DNA of 64,000 bases, taken from the NCBI GenBank assembly GCA_050575255.1, contig JBNZDD010013717.1, positions 4,480,457 to 4,544,456 of the forward strand, read 5' to 3'. Positions 1-10,902 of the stretch are shown one piece after another. The position numbers and the translations under genes are program-made. The stretch's first letter is position 1. Every line of letters begins with the position of its first letter. The stretch is from Harriotta raleighana. Taxonomy: Eukaryota. The notes beneath the pieces were generated by a model. That model searched no databases, was not told the DNA's origin, and saw only the letters and a program-made list of their open reading frames with translations.

Positions 1-644
1 CCCTGATCTGTCCTGGGACAGCAGCAGATACATAAGAAAGCTTGAATCAGGAAAGATCAAGCCTATTTAATCATAGTCCATGCAAATTTACCATTATCAT
101 GAATCCCAACCATTAAGAATCTCTAAGAGTTCTCTGCATAGAGACTTCCTGAATCCCTATATCAATTCAACAAATCCCTGTAATATGTTTCTGTGACCAC
201 ATCTCTATTCCATCTCCACGTTAGCTTCCTTCCATGGGAAACATTTTCCTCCTCCATTCTATGACCCATCCAGCTCAAATGTTAGCTTTATTCAGAGTTG
301 TATCGAGAGTGCCCAAATAGTTGTTTCTTCTCTTCCCTTTCCATCACCCCTTCAACTTTATATGAATTTTATGTTGTTTGCAGAATTGTTTTCTGGTTTC
401 TGTGTAAACATGCACTTTAGATCTGCTCATTTAAAAAAGCAGTTTACAGTTTTTAAAGCAGACACTGATCTTTCCTATCAATGCCAAAGCCTGACTCCTG
501 AAGCCTATCATCTGTGATCTGAACTATTGACACTTTACTGCCTTCCACTTGAAATCTGTTATACTATTTCCAGATACCACCATGACCTATAAGTTACACA
601 TTGACTATTCACCAAGATAGCAAATTATCGAAAAAAAAAAATCT

Positions 645-789
645 TCCTCTTTCATCTGCTTCCTGCCCTCCCAGCTCTCTCCCACATCTAACCCCCACTC
701 TATCCCTCCTTCTTGCTCGGATCCTGACTCCTGACTATTCAGCGCTTTGGGGCATCCTCCCGACATGAATATATTTTTTGTTGTTGTTA
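645..789 (+). mobile_element. L2-type LINE 3' tail fragment
   Basis: Pyrimidine-rich stretch, then cagcgctttggggcatcctcccgacatgaa and a (GTT)n tail shared with other L2 copies in the window. Confidence 0.65.
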
Positions 790-1098
790 CCTCTTTGATT
801 GAGCCAGTCAAGGACAAAACCTTGCAGGAAATATGTTGAGGACATGGATGTGTACTTGTTTCTGAATGAGATCACTTATTCCAGTAGGTGCAGTGTTCTG
901 GCAGGGCTGGCATAGCCACTGCAGAAATTGGGGTGAAGCCTCTTATTAGAGTAGAGTGAGTTAACCATGCACTGTGTCACAAGTTCTGCTACGAGCCTTC
1001 AGTGTAAAACAGTCTAACGTTGATAAACAGTGCAAGCCGTATGATCAAAGCATTTAACACAATACTGTCAGGATTGTTTCCGAACACAATATGTATTG

Positions 1099-2260
1099 CA
1101 GTAAAAGTCCGTTTATCCGGCACCCTCAGGGCCTGGCCAATGCCGGTTAAACGGCATGCCGGATATTCGAAAGAAAACCCAGCACACACACATTTTTTTT
1201 TAAACATACCGTAATAATAATACACTAAATAATAACAGAATATTGTATAGATACTTACCAATAAAGCATTAAATATCTATTACAATCTATGAACATAGCA
1301 CACAATCACAAAACAAACTTTACAATGGTGGACGCTTGTGGCTTAAAATGGTACTGTCGATTTTTCCTCTTTTGTTTCTTTCTCTCCCTCCTTCCCTCTC
1401 TCTAACTTTCACACATACACTCAAGTCAGTCTGGCATCTCAATGGTTCAAAACCGAAACCCCTCCACTTCTCTCATTTTCCATCTAAATTAATCAACTCA
1501 CCCCCCNCATCTCAATGGTTCAAAACCGAAACCCCTCCACTCCTCTCATTTTCCATCTAAATTAATCAACTCACCCCCCTCTCTCTCTCCCCTCTTCTCC
1601 CCCTTCTCTCTCTCCCCCATCTCCCTTCCCACTCCTCACTCTTTTTCCCTCCCCTCTTTCCCTCTCTTACCCCCCCTCACCCTCTCTCTTCCTGCCTCTT
1701 TCTCTATTTCCCACTCCACCCCCCACCAAAACAGTGTATTAAACCCACGATACAGTCAGGCAACACAGACAGTACATAGTATCCCGTCAGATAGAGAGAG
1801 AGGGAAAGAAAGGGGAAGAGATAGAAAGGGAGAGATGGAGAGGAAGGAAGGACAGGGGGAGAGAGAAAGAAAAGAAAGAGGGAGAGAAGGAGAGGAAAAA
1901 CTGATATCACTGCTTTAACAACAACAACACAATTACATTTGTATAGCACCTTCCAGGTCATCCCAAAGCGCTGAACAGTCAGGTCGGGACCAAAGCAGGC
2001 GGGGACGGGTAGGGGGAAGGGGAGAGGGTGGAAGATTCAGGGTGGGAGCCGAAGGTGCGGAAGTGGAAAGAATGGAAGTGCCACTACCAGCAGCATTCAG
2101 AACTAATCGTACTGTACTCTCATGTGACAATCGACTCATTAAATGCTCCACAGCGATTGTGCCAGATAAGATCCAGTTATTCAAATGGGGACCTTTTTTT
2201 GAGGTGCCGGATACACCGAAGTTCTGGTTGATCGAGTCACAGATAAACGGGCTTTTACTG
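1099..2260. mobile_element. Tigger/pogo-type MITE
   Basis: TIRs CAGTAAAAGTCCGTTTATCCG and reverse-complement CAGTAAAAGCCCGTTTATCTG (19/21). TA on the right flank, TG (mutated TA) on the left. Confidence 0.85.
1917..2085 (-). mobile_element. L2 3' tail nested inside the MITE
   Basis: (AAC)n followed by aattacatttgtatagcacc...cccaaagcgctgaacagtcagg, the reverse complement of the L2 tail. Confidence 0.7.
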
Positions 2261-2300
2261 TACATACGTTGCCCATTCTCTGAACTTGATTTTGGAAATA

Positions 2301-2434
2301 AAAACAACAAAATTACATTTATAGAGCTTGTTTCATGTCAGGAGGATGTCCCAAGGCACTGAACAGTCAGGAGTTGGGACTTGAGCATAGGTGAGGGAAA
2401 GGGGAAGGGAGGTAGGGTGCAGTGAGGGAAAATT
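2301..2434 (-). mobile_element. L2 3' tail inserted in the hAT fossil
   Basis: aacaacaaaattacatttatagagc...tcatgtcaggaggatgtcccaaggcactgaacagtcagg, the same tail as at 14400 and 63055. Confidence 0.7.
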
Positions 2435-3785
2435 GGCCTGTGAAACGGGAGGATTTAAAATACAGTGGTTGCTATGGTCAAAGTCTTCTGCTAAAGTCAA
2501 ATGCGCCGAGATCACGACTTCGAATTTATGGAGATGAGGGATGGAATTAATCCACAAATGTCAGCCTTTCCTGTTCAGATGCATTGGTTTTCCTGAGTGA
2601 AAGTTGTTGAATATTTGAATGAGTACCTGGCTGTTTTGGTGGAATTGCATCAGGGCGAAACAAAAATGAATACACTCTTCAAAGATAACACTGCAGAGCT
2701 GCAAGCCCAAGCACCCTTTGTCACAGTGCACTCATCTGAGCTCATTGAAGAGTGCCAGGCAACGGCTGTGCCTCAAGGCCACAATCTGTACTTACAAGTG
2801 CAAAATTTACATTTGTGTATTGATTTGAATGCCACTGCTAGAACACAAGAGTACAGACCAAAGTTGGCAGCCTGTTCCGAGAGTGAGAGAGAGGGCATGT
2901 TTCAACTTTTTCCAGAAAATCATGCAAGAAAGCAGTGAAAAGGTCGGACTGATTTTGAAAAATCACCCATCAATTTCTACCTATAAAGCAGTTCACATTT
3001 TTGAGCCTCTCCAGCTAGGAACAATGGATGCAGAAAAGACTTGTATAACCATGTGATTCCTGCTCTTTCAACAATTTCAAACTTTGAATGGCATGCTTAT
3101 CAAGCAACTGGAACATCCCAGCAAACCACAAAATCATGGCATGATAGGGAGCTCAGCCTAAGCCACTTGTTAAAATTGCAAAAAGTATAGTTGGCTACCA
3201 GTGAACACAGCTGACATTGAAAGGTTATTTTCTGTTTATTCAGACCTCCTTGAAGATAAAAGCCTCCAGAAGAAAATGTAAAGTTCCTTCTCGTGTTAAA
3301 ATTTAACCAGCATAATATTTTAGATTTAGAATTTTTTGTTTGAAGAATTTGATTTCTCAGCATACTGTTTTTAGACTGCATTTTTACATCTTTTGAAAGG
3401 TGTTGTGTTCTGTTTTTGTTAAACAATGAATAAATCTTTTTTTCCCAATAATCTAATGTGTTATTTCTTCATGTTTAGTTTTTAAAAATGAAAAAAGAGA
3501 AAAAATGCAGATAGGCAGCTAAATGCATCTCAATGGCACTAACTACCACAACTTACCTGCAAAATTCAGCAAAACACTTTGCAACTTCCTGAAAGATCTG
3601 AAAAGTGCTCTGGAATTTTTGCCAAACATTTCCGCACTTTTCTATTGTATCTGTCTTAAATCTGTCCATAGAAACCTATAATAAATTGGTCATTTCATTT
3701 CCACGACTGTTTATGGAACATTGCTATGTGCAATTGGCTGCCATATTTCGCCCACAAATATACAGTCAATTCACTTTACAGTATA

Positions 3786-4591
3786 GAGTAAAACCTCATT
3801 TATCCGGCATCCATGGGACCTGGCCAGTGGCGGTTAAACTGTTTTTGGGAATATTATTTTAACACATACCATATTAATAATAGACTAAATAACAACAGAA
3901 TATTGTATTAGTACTTTTATTTATACTTAACTTTGCAATCGCAGCCCTCACCCAACCTATTTTAGGTCAAATCGACCAAAGTAGCAACTTCTGTGTTTTG
4001 ATACTTAGACAAACATCACTATGCGTGAGTTTTCATTAACAGATAAAAATGAACAAGAAAAACCGCAACTTTTTCTCTCTCTCTCTCTCTCTCTGTGGTC
4101 TCTCTCTCCCTCTCTGTGCATGTATGTGTCTCTCTCTGTGTTTAGGTGTGTGTCTGTCTCTCTCTGTCTGTGTGTGTGAGTCTGTCTGTGTGTCTCTCTC
4201 TCCCCCTCTTTCTCTCTCTCTCTGTGACTCCTTCCCTCTCTTTCTGAGTGTGTGTGTGTCTCTCTCTATCTGTGTGATCGCTGTGTGTGTGTTTCTCTAT
4301 TTGTGTTTGTCTCTCTATCTGTGTGTGGGTGTCCCTCTATCTATGTGTCCCTCTCTCTCACCTGTAAAAATGGCTGCTGCCAAGGGCTCTGAGCATCTCA
4401 ACAGTTTAGACATGTCTAGTGGTCAACTGTGAGTACTGCAATCGCGAGTACTGCACTCGCAACAGTCCATTCATTAAACGCAATCACTATTTGCTGGATA
4501 ACCTACGGTTAATCGAATAGGGACTTTTTTTGAGGTGGCGGTTGAACGGGTTTTCCGGTTCATAGAGTCACGGATAAACAAGGTTTTACTG
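3786..4591. mobile_element. Tigger/pogo-type MITE inserted in a SINE (SINE halves 3683-3785 and 4592-4660)
   Basis: TA|GAGTAAAACCTCATTTATCCG ... CGGATAAACAAGGTTTTACTG|TA. Removing it restores the SINE consensus cactttacagtaTAttctgtgaa. CT/GT microsatellite interior at 4070-4360. Confidence 0.88.
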
Positions 4592-4703
4592 TATTCTGTG
4601 AAAGGCTTTGAGATGTGTGGAAGACCTGAAAAGTGCTATATTAAAATGCAAGTTATTAAATTATATTAATATTTTGTATTTTTTCATTATTTGCTCACCC
4701 TAG

Positions 4704-4828
4704 GAAATCCTGTCAATTCTTTATTTGTGGCGCCAGCTGTAACTCCAATGAGGGGATTGCTGAACTTTGTAACAAACAATCCAGGGTTTCGTTTATTTAT
4801 GTATAGCACAAATGACTACAACTTGCTG
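4704..4828 (+). CDS. SMPDL3A: Acid sphingomyelinase-like phosphodiesterase 3a, penultimate coding exon
   Basis: Acceptor TAG at 4701-4703 and donor GTGAG at 4829. Translates (G)NPVNSLFVAPAVTPMRGLLNFVTNNPGFRLFMYSTNDYNLL, matching recalled SMPDL3A GSPVNSLFVAPAVTP...TNNPGIRLFQY. The phase-0 end fits the next exon. Confidence 0.93.
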
Positions 4829-5882
4829 GTGAGTTTCTGTTTAAATGCATGCCATGAACACTGTCAGTTAAAAATGTTTATTGGCTGTGATTATTCTATT
4901 TTTGCAGAATAAATAATTTATAAGTCGCGTAGCATATGATGATGCATCAGGTAAGATTCCTAGATAAAGTGTAGTTACTGTGCATTTTGTACTTCACTCG
5001 TGTCTGAATCTTTCGAGAGTATTTTGTGAGTTTCCTGCTGTTTACACTGTTCATAAAAGATTTGGACAATGGGAAATATTTAATATTTATTGATGTCAAC
5101 CTACTTGGACACGTGTCATAATAAATAGAAGATATATAATTTAGAATTTGATCTGAACCAACTGAGCACATTTTATTAGTGACTAAGGAATTGAAGATGA
5201 TTAAACTTTATGTATATTTGAATGTTAACAAGAATGCTATATCAGTATCAGGCAGTAAAGGTTTTATACTGTATGGTGAATATTTGGATTCAAGGAGAGG
5301 TGTTTGGAGATAGATGGTCTAATAATTTTGTTAAGATTGAGGTACAAATCTGTTTCTTTCTTAAGGGGTAAAAAGTTACCTAAGTGCTTTTTATTTATGG
5401 TTTTTCTGAGATAATGGTTCCAATGACCCAGTCATTAGTATCCTGGTCTGAACAATAGTGGAGTTAATGAGTTTTATTTTTCCTAATTGTTAGTGCAAAG
5501 AACTAGTAAACACAAATTACATTAGAGATATAAAAAGGAGGCAATAGAGCTATACAGGGTAGTTGAGGTTTGGAGTATTTGGGGTTTAACTCCACTATTG
5601 TTCAGACCAGAATAATACCAAGTATTTTACTAATTGCCAAGCGTTTTGGTGTAATTTGCAAAACTGCTGTGATCGGCATGATCCCAAATAGTAATAGAGA
5701 GGGGAAGGATCGCTCCTTTCAGAGTGTGCCTGGAAGGAACGTGTAATTCTCTTCCAGTAATTGTGATAAGTGATTTTTGTATAATTTAGCATAGCAATAA
5801 AATGCTAAACGTACAAAAAGTAGAAATTAATCTGGTGAACTAAATATGAATGATACAAGCCTCACTACTTTTTATTTCACAG

Positions 5883-6179
5883 GATTTCTGGCAGTATTAC
5901 CTGAACCTTACAAAAGCTAATGAGGAGAAGAAATCTGACTGGAATCTGGAATACTCCATGACCAAAGCCTATGGCATAAAAGACCTGAGCCCACAGAGTT
6001 TGTATGACCTGACAAATCAGTTTCTAGAGCCACACAATAAGGAGTTCCAGAAGTACTATTACTATTACATAGTTAGTTATATCGACATAGACTGTTTTGG
6101 CCATTGTAAAATGAAACAAGTATGTGCTACAAGATACTTAGATCAAGCCTCATACTCAAAATGTATTCAAGAATGGTGA
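5883..6179 (+). CDS. SMPDL3A: SMPDL3A terminal coding exon
   Basis: Acceptor tttatttcacAG ends at 5882. Translates DFWQYYLNLTKAN...WNLEYSMTKAYGIKDLSPQSLY...CFGHCKMKQVCATRYLDQASYSKCIQEW*. The NLT sequon and four-Cys C-terminal pattern are conserved. No hydrophobic GPI-signal tail, which argues for 3A over 3B; adjacency to CLVS2 agrees. Confidence 0.93.
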   Translation, partial: DFWQYYLNLTKANEEKKSDWNLEYSMTKAYGIKDLSPQSLYDLTNQFLEPHNKEFQKYYYYYIVSYIDIDCFGHCKMKQVCATRYLDQASYSKCIQEW

Positions 6180-6339
6180 AGTAGTTCTCTGTTCTGAACC
6201 ATTTCAACTAACCTGTTTGCATTGCCAGCTGTGTTTGTAACCAGACTTCTGTTTGTATTATCTTCTCCGTATTCCTTGCTTCCTTTTCTCTCTTTCCCCT
6301 GTTAATATCCTCATCAATATGCTCATGAGGCTATTTGAT

Positions 6340-6610
6340 CCACACAGCACAAGATAATGATTGATCATTCTCTAATCTGAATTACTTGCACTTTCCCCAT
6401 ACCCATTTATATTCTTCCTCTTCAAACATTTATCCAATTTCCTTTTAAATGTTGCTATGGTATTTGTTTCAATAACAACAACAACAACTTTGATTTATAT
6501 AGCGCCCTCCACGCCAGATGGCGTCCCAGAACGCCACTGGCAGAGAAGTATTTCATACTGCGATAAACTTGAGTGAAAACATTTCTGCTAACTGCTGTTT
6601 AACTCTCTAA
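6340..6610 (-). mobile_element. Degraded CR1-like 3' region with a nested L2 tail (6473-6535) in the SMPDL3A 3' flank
   Basis: Weak similarity to the CR1 tails at 20606 and 29335. L2 tail aacaacaactttgatttatatagcgccctccacgcc. Confidence 0.5.
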
Positions 6611-7069
6611 GTGATAATTCTGACCAAATCCTACCTCTCTGAATGCACCTATGGCCACCAGCCCCTCTTTATCCTGTTCGCCATACAATTTGTAAAGTGC
6701 TTTGACTTGTTAATTTCCATGAAAAAATTGAAGTTGCTTCCACCTTGCCACTTTATCCAAAGCTTTAAGAATCTGCACTGTGGGATAGCGGAGGAACGAA
6801 ATTCTAATTTGTTGCTACCGAGTTCCTGATGTTAATTCGTGTGGTTTGCACATCAGTAATTCTGCAAACAGTTGCACACCAACACTGCAATTCATATTGC
6901 TTCTACAATCAACCTGTCATCAAGAAGGATTGACGAGAACGTCATTGCTGAGCCATTGTAGCTTTTTAGACGACTACTTTTAACAGTTGCTTTGCAAGGT
7001 CTGTATATTGGCAGGAGGATTGTGATCTCAGTGGTCCTATTTCCACCATTCTTAGGTTCCAGTTTACAT

Positions 7070-7515
7070 AAATCTCCGCCATCCACATCCTCACTGATAT
7101 AAAATGCCCATCACGCCAGTCCTCACCAGGCTCCACTATCCCCCAATGGATCAATTTCATCCTCACCTATGTATCCTGTCAAGCTCTGGCATCTTTCTAT
7201 TGCTTCGATCTTCTCTTACTTCCCTCTTCTGCTCACTCTCTGCTTGGCTTACTCCCCTTGGAGTGCCTATGCCTTGCCCTCTTTGCCTTGCCCTTGGTGG
7301 CCAAGCCTTCAGTTATTATGCCCCTAAACACTGGAATTGTCTGTCACTACCTCTCTGTCTCGTCTTTTCTCTATCCATTTTCAATTGTGGCTAAATATTG
7401 ACCTCTTAAACTACACCTATGGTTATCTTCTTGTTTCCCTTCTCCCTTCCGTGAGACGAACTCCATCTTCCTGAGGTGCTCCATCATTCTAAGCAAAGGG
7501 TGCTACATAAATGCA
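7070..7515 (+). mobile_element. Degraded L2 ORF2 C-terminus and 3' end
   Basis: Encodes PITPVLTRLHYPP...GGQAFSYYAPKHWNCL, typical L2 ORF2 C-terminal motifs. Confidence 0.7.
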
Positions 7516-7774
7516 ACAACAACTTTGATTGAAATAGCGCCATCCACGCCGGACAGTGTCACAGTTGTTGAACTAGCGAAAGCTACCTGAGAGAGACAGA
7601 AAGATGATTTTAACCCCCCACACAGAAAGTATATGATCTTGTAAATACAATTTTAATTTTTAAATATTTTAAAGTCATCTATTAAAATGAGCAGACCATA
7701 ACATAAAAAGAAAATGAAGTCAATTAGTTTAACAAGCAAATGCTATCATTGTTTGTACTGAAAATTTCCATGTG

Positions 7775-7780
7775 AATAAA
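7775..7780 (+). promoter_or_regulatory. Candidate SMPDL3A polyadenylation signal
   Basis: Overlapping AATAAATAAA about 1.6 kb after the stop codon, with GT/T-rich sequence downstream. No transcript evidence. Confidence 0.35.
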
Positions 7781-8956
7781 TAAATTGTTAAAAGTGTGAA
7801 TACTTGAACTGTATTTAGCACATCAGCATGTCAAAAGGCCTTGAAAGTGTTTCACATGCAATTAGTTACTTTAAAGTTTACTGACATTTTGTGGGTAAGA
7901 ATATTTTAATTAAGTAATGGTTTGAGAGAAGGCATATATCTGCAAATAGCTGGTGCTTATGGAAGACTGTGTTCCCACAGGGTTCATTCATAGGTTACTA
8001 TAATACTGCTTTGCAAGAACTTGGTTGAGAAACAGTGAGGTTAAAGGCACTCCTCAATAAAGAGGAAGGGCTACTACTGGTGTCTCAACACCAAAAAATA
8101 GCCTTTGGATATGAACTGTGTCCTCTGCCTTCATGTCCTGGTGATTCAGAAGATTTATTCACTGAGGCCATATCAAGCCGAGGACAAGGTTACTTTGGTC
8201 GGTTTGAGAGTTCACGGTCATTATTCACAGTTAAAAAAAGATTAAAGTTCAGTAATTCTGTAAACAGTTGCACACCAATACTGCAGTTAGTGTCTGAGAT
8301 AAAATTGTGTTGCAACATCTGCTTTTGGTCTCTGAACTTTACACAAATGTGACCAGTGATTATTTGTAACTAACATCACATGTGCAATCTTTGAAACGGC
8401 TGCGAGCTTCAATAGAAAGTACTGTGTGAATTTCAAAGTTGTCTCATCTGCTATTTCCTTAAATGTTGGAACTGAAAGGCTAGCAAATTTTTAAAACGCC
8501 TTTGTTTAAGGTCTTTCACAGAAAGGTGTAGGAGTTTACAGTCTTTAATATAACAATTCATGTAGTGTCACCATTGACTGTGTCCCCTTCATGAATTTAA
8601 TACGTTTGAGATTTGAAGTGTGAATGGCTCACAAATTTAATGCTTTTATTGAATGGGTGTCTAAACTCCAAAGAAAAAATATGTGTTTTGAGTGTGAATA
8701 TTTTCTATGATGTGCTTAATGTGTGAGGGTGGAAATGGTTTGTCTGCAGGGAAAGAAAGTAAGAATGAAACCCAAGAGGGAGACTATATTTCATCAATAC
8801 CTAGACTTAACTTTTATAAAGTATAGTACTGTACTTGCAATCTTTTGAGTTTGCAAATAATAATGTTCCTTGTATTTGATTTGGGGCCTTTCACATCAGG
8901 AGGATCTCTCAGAAGGATCTTAAAATTGTCTGAACAAGCTATAATGGACATGTGTA

Positions 8957-9215
8957 CAGTGAACCCTCGTCGAAGGCGACTTTATCGATTGCGAATTCAA
9001 GCATAGCGACGAAACAAAAGCATCACTTTTTTGTGCAGCGCACGTAGAACTTGTGTATACACGCTGGCTGGCGCCTGCGCGCATGCACACGGGTGAAGAC
9101 GCCGATAGCTCCCGACTAAATCCGATGCTTCCTCGGCTGGCTGGTCCCACGCGCATGTGCATTTTTGACGAATCCTGACTAAAGCCGAAGCCCCGCGCGC
9201 AATGCATTCTGGGTA
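8957..9215. mobile_element. One-ended, CpG-rich Tigger/pogo-like element fragment
   Basis: TA|CAGTGAACCCTCG... left terminus. No matching right TIR found. Confidence 0.5.
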
Positions 9216-9945
9216 AATAGACGTCTTATCGACGTCCCAAAGCACTTTACAGAATACAACGTCCCAAAGTAGCGAGCAGGGAGGGGGGAGGGGGAGGGGG
9301 AGGGGTAGAGAGAGAAAAAAGAGGGACGAAAGGGGGGGAAAGGATAGGGGCCAGAGCAGGGGGGGTTGGGTCGTGGTAGTGTGAAGGAGTAGGAAAATTG
9401 ACTGTAAATTTGTGGGTGAAACGCAGCACCCAAATTGCACACAGCAGTGTCCCACAAACAGCCGTGGAAGTGAGGGGGCCAGGGATGAAAGGGGGAAGGG
9501 GTCAAGGGGAGGGGTCGGGGTAGGGGGAAGAGAGCAGGAAAACCAACTGTGTTTGTGGACGAAACGCGGCAGCCAGTGTCCCACAAACAGACACGGAAAT
9601 GGGGGAGAAAGGGGGAAAAGATGGCAAGGGAGTGACGGAGGGAAAGGGAGGGAAAGACGCGGTGGGGTAAAATCAGGGAGGAAAATAGGGGGAGAAAGGG
9701 GGACAAGGGGGAAATCATGGAGGACAAGGAGGGAGAAATGGTGGCAAGGGGGAAGAGGGAGGGAAAGGTGGGTGGGAGGCAAAATCAGGGAGAAATGGGG
9801 AGAAACAGGGGTAAGATCAACAATAATAAACAAAAAAGCAACAATAACAATAGAAAGAGCAACAACAACAATTAACAACAGTTCAGCAACTGTTCCCTGT
9901 CCTCGCCACCCGCCTGGATGATCTTCAAAAATGCGAGAACTAGAC

Positions 9946-10075
9946 CATCAATCAGCTCTTGCGTTCGTTCCTCATAGGGTGGCATTTGCTCATCCACCTC
10001 CTCGTTCTTGGAATGCTGGTACTTTTCCTCAGAATCCTTCTCGCGCTCCCGGCCCTCCTCCTCCTGCTCCGCCAC
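9946..10075 (-). pseudogene. Short fragment resembling the acidic region of glucosidase II beta (PRKCSH)
   Basis: AEQEEEGREREKDSEEKYQHSKNEEVDEQMPPYEERTQELID versus recalled human PRKCSH EEDKMPPYDEQTQAFID. Only about 13 residues of non-low-complexity similarity. Confidence 0.4.
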
Positions 10076-10244
10076 GTCCCCGCCACTCCAGCTCCGCCAT
10101 GGTCGCCGGTCCTTGGGTCGAGTCGCTGGGTTTGTGCGGCTCAGTCACAGCCCGAGTCCAGCTCCAGCCATGCCCCAGGCCAGGCTGAGCCGGCCCCCTG
10201 CTCCCAGCCGGGGAATGGGAGTAAGATGGCAGCTCCCGAGGTGG

Positions 10245-10902
10245 ATGGAAGGAGCAATATTGTGGAAGGCTATGCCGGTCATGGATTGGATGTGGGGGAG
10301 GAAGGATTGTTCGGCGTCGAACAAGATGCCCAGATTCCTGATTGGCTTTGAGAGGTAGAGAGAGCAGCCTTGAACGCGCCTGAGGTGTGGAGGCACTGAC
10401 GTGAGCCAATCAGGAAGGCCTCCGTCTTGTTGACATTGAGCTGTAGGAAATTTGCCCTCATCCAGGACTCAATGTCGGACAGACATGTAGTTAGAACGCC
10501 AGTAGTCCTGGAGTCGAGGGTGCACACGGAGAGGTAGAGTTGGGTGTCATCCGCATACATGTGGAAATTTACCCCATGTCTGCAGATGATGTCACCCATT
10601 GGGAGAGTGTATAGGGTGAAGAACAAGGGGCCAAGGACCGAGCCCTGGGGAACACCGCATGTGACTGTGCGGGGCCTGGAGGAAAAATTGTTGGAGGAGA
10701 CGAAGTGAAGGCGGTGGGAGAGATATGACAGGAAACAGTCGAGGACAGAGCCTTGGAGGTTGAGGAGGGAGGAGAGGTGGAGGACGAGAATTGTGTTGTC
10801 CACGGTATCAAAAGCGGCGGATAGGTCGAGGAGGCAGAGGGAGCCCTGGTCACAGATGGTCAGGATGTCATTTGTGACCTTGACCAGGGCAGTGTCCATG
10901 CT
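10245..10902 (-). mobile_element. L2-clade LINE reverse transcriptase fragment
   Basis: ORF 10279-10899 has [39 protein letters not shown] and LQLNVNKTE. Truncated at both ends. Confidence 0.92.

Larger units (their letters stand above)
790..3343 (+). mobile_element. Fragmented hAT-superfamily (CGGBP1-like) transposase fossil in three pieces: 790-1098, 2261-2300, ~2435-3343
   Basis: Manual translation gives motifs in hAT order: DVYLFLNEITYSS (835-885), VNH/TVSQVLL, INSASRMIKAFNTILSGLFPNTICI|TYVAHSLNLILEI, FPVQMHWFS*VKVVEYLNEYL, WLPVNTADIERLFSVYSDLL (3192-3251), EENVKFLLVLKFN. Contains stops and frameshifts. Confidence 0.8.

Noticed and set aside
360-450. Possible BED/CGGBP zinc-finger remnant upstream of the hAT fossil (YEFYVV...ELFSGFC)
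   Set aside because: Requires frameshifts and has too few matching residues to support by eye.
1435-1579. 72-bp tandem repeat inside the MITE
   Set aside because: The copies are separated by the N at 1507 and differ at one base; typical contig-overlap artefact.
3655-3680. Possible right terminus of the hAT element (ctgtccatagaaaccta)
   Set aside because: No matching left TIR or 8-bp TSD found in the window.
8997-9878. Longest ORF in the track (293 aa, Pro/Leu/Ser-rich)
   Set aside because: A product of low-complexity purine runs and SINE pieces, with no domain signal.
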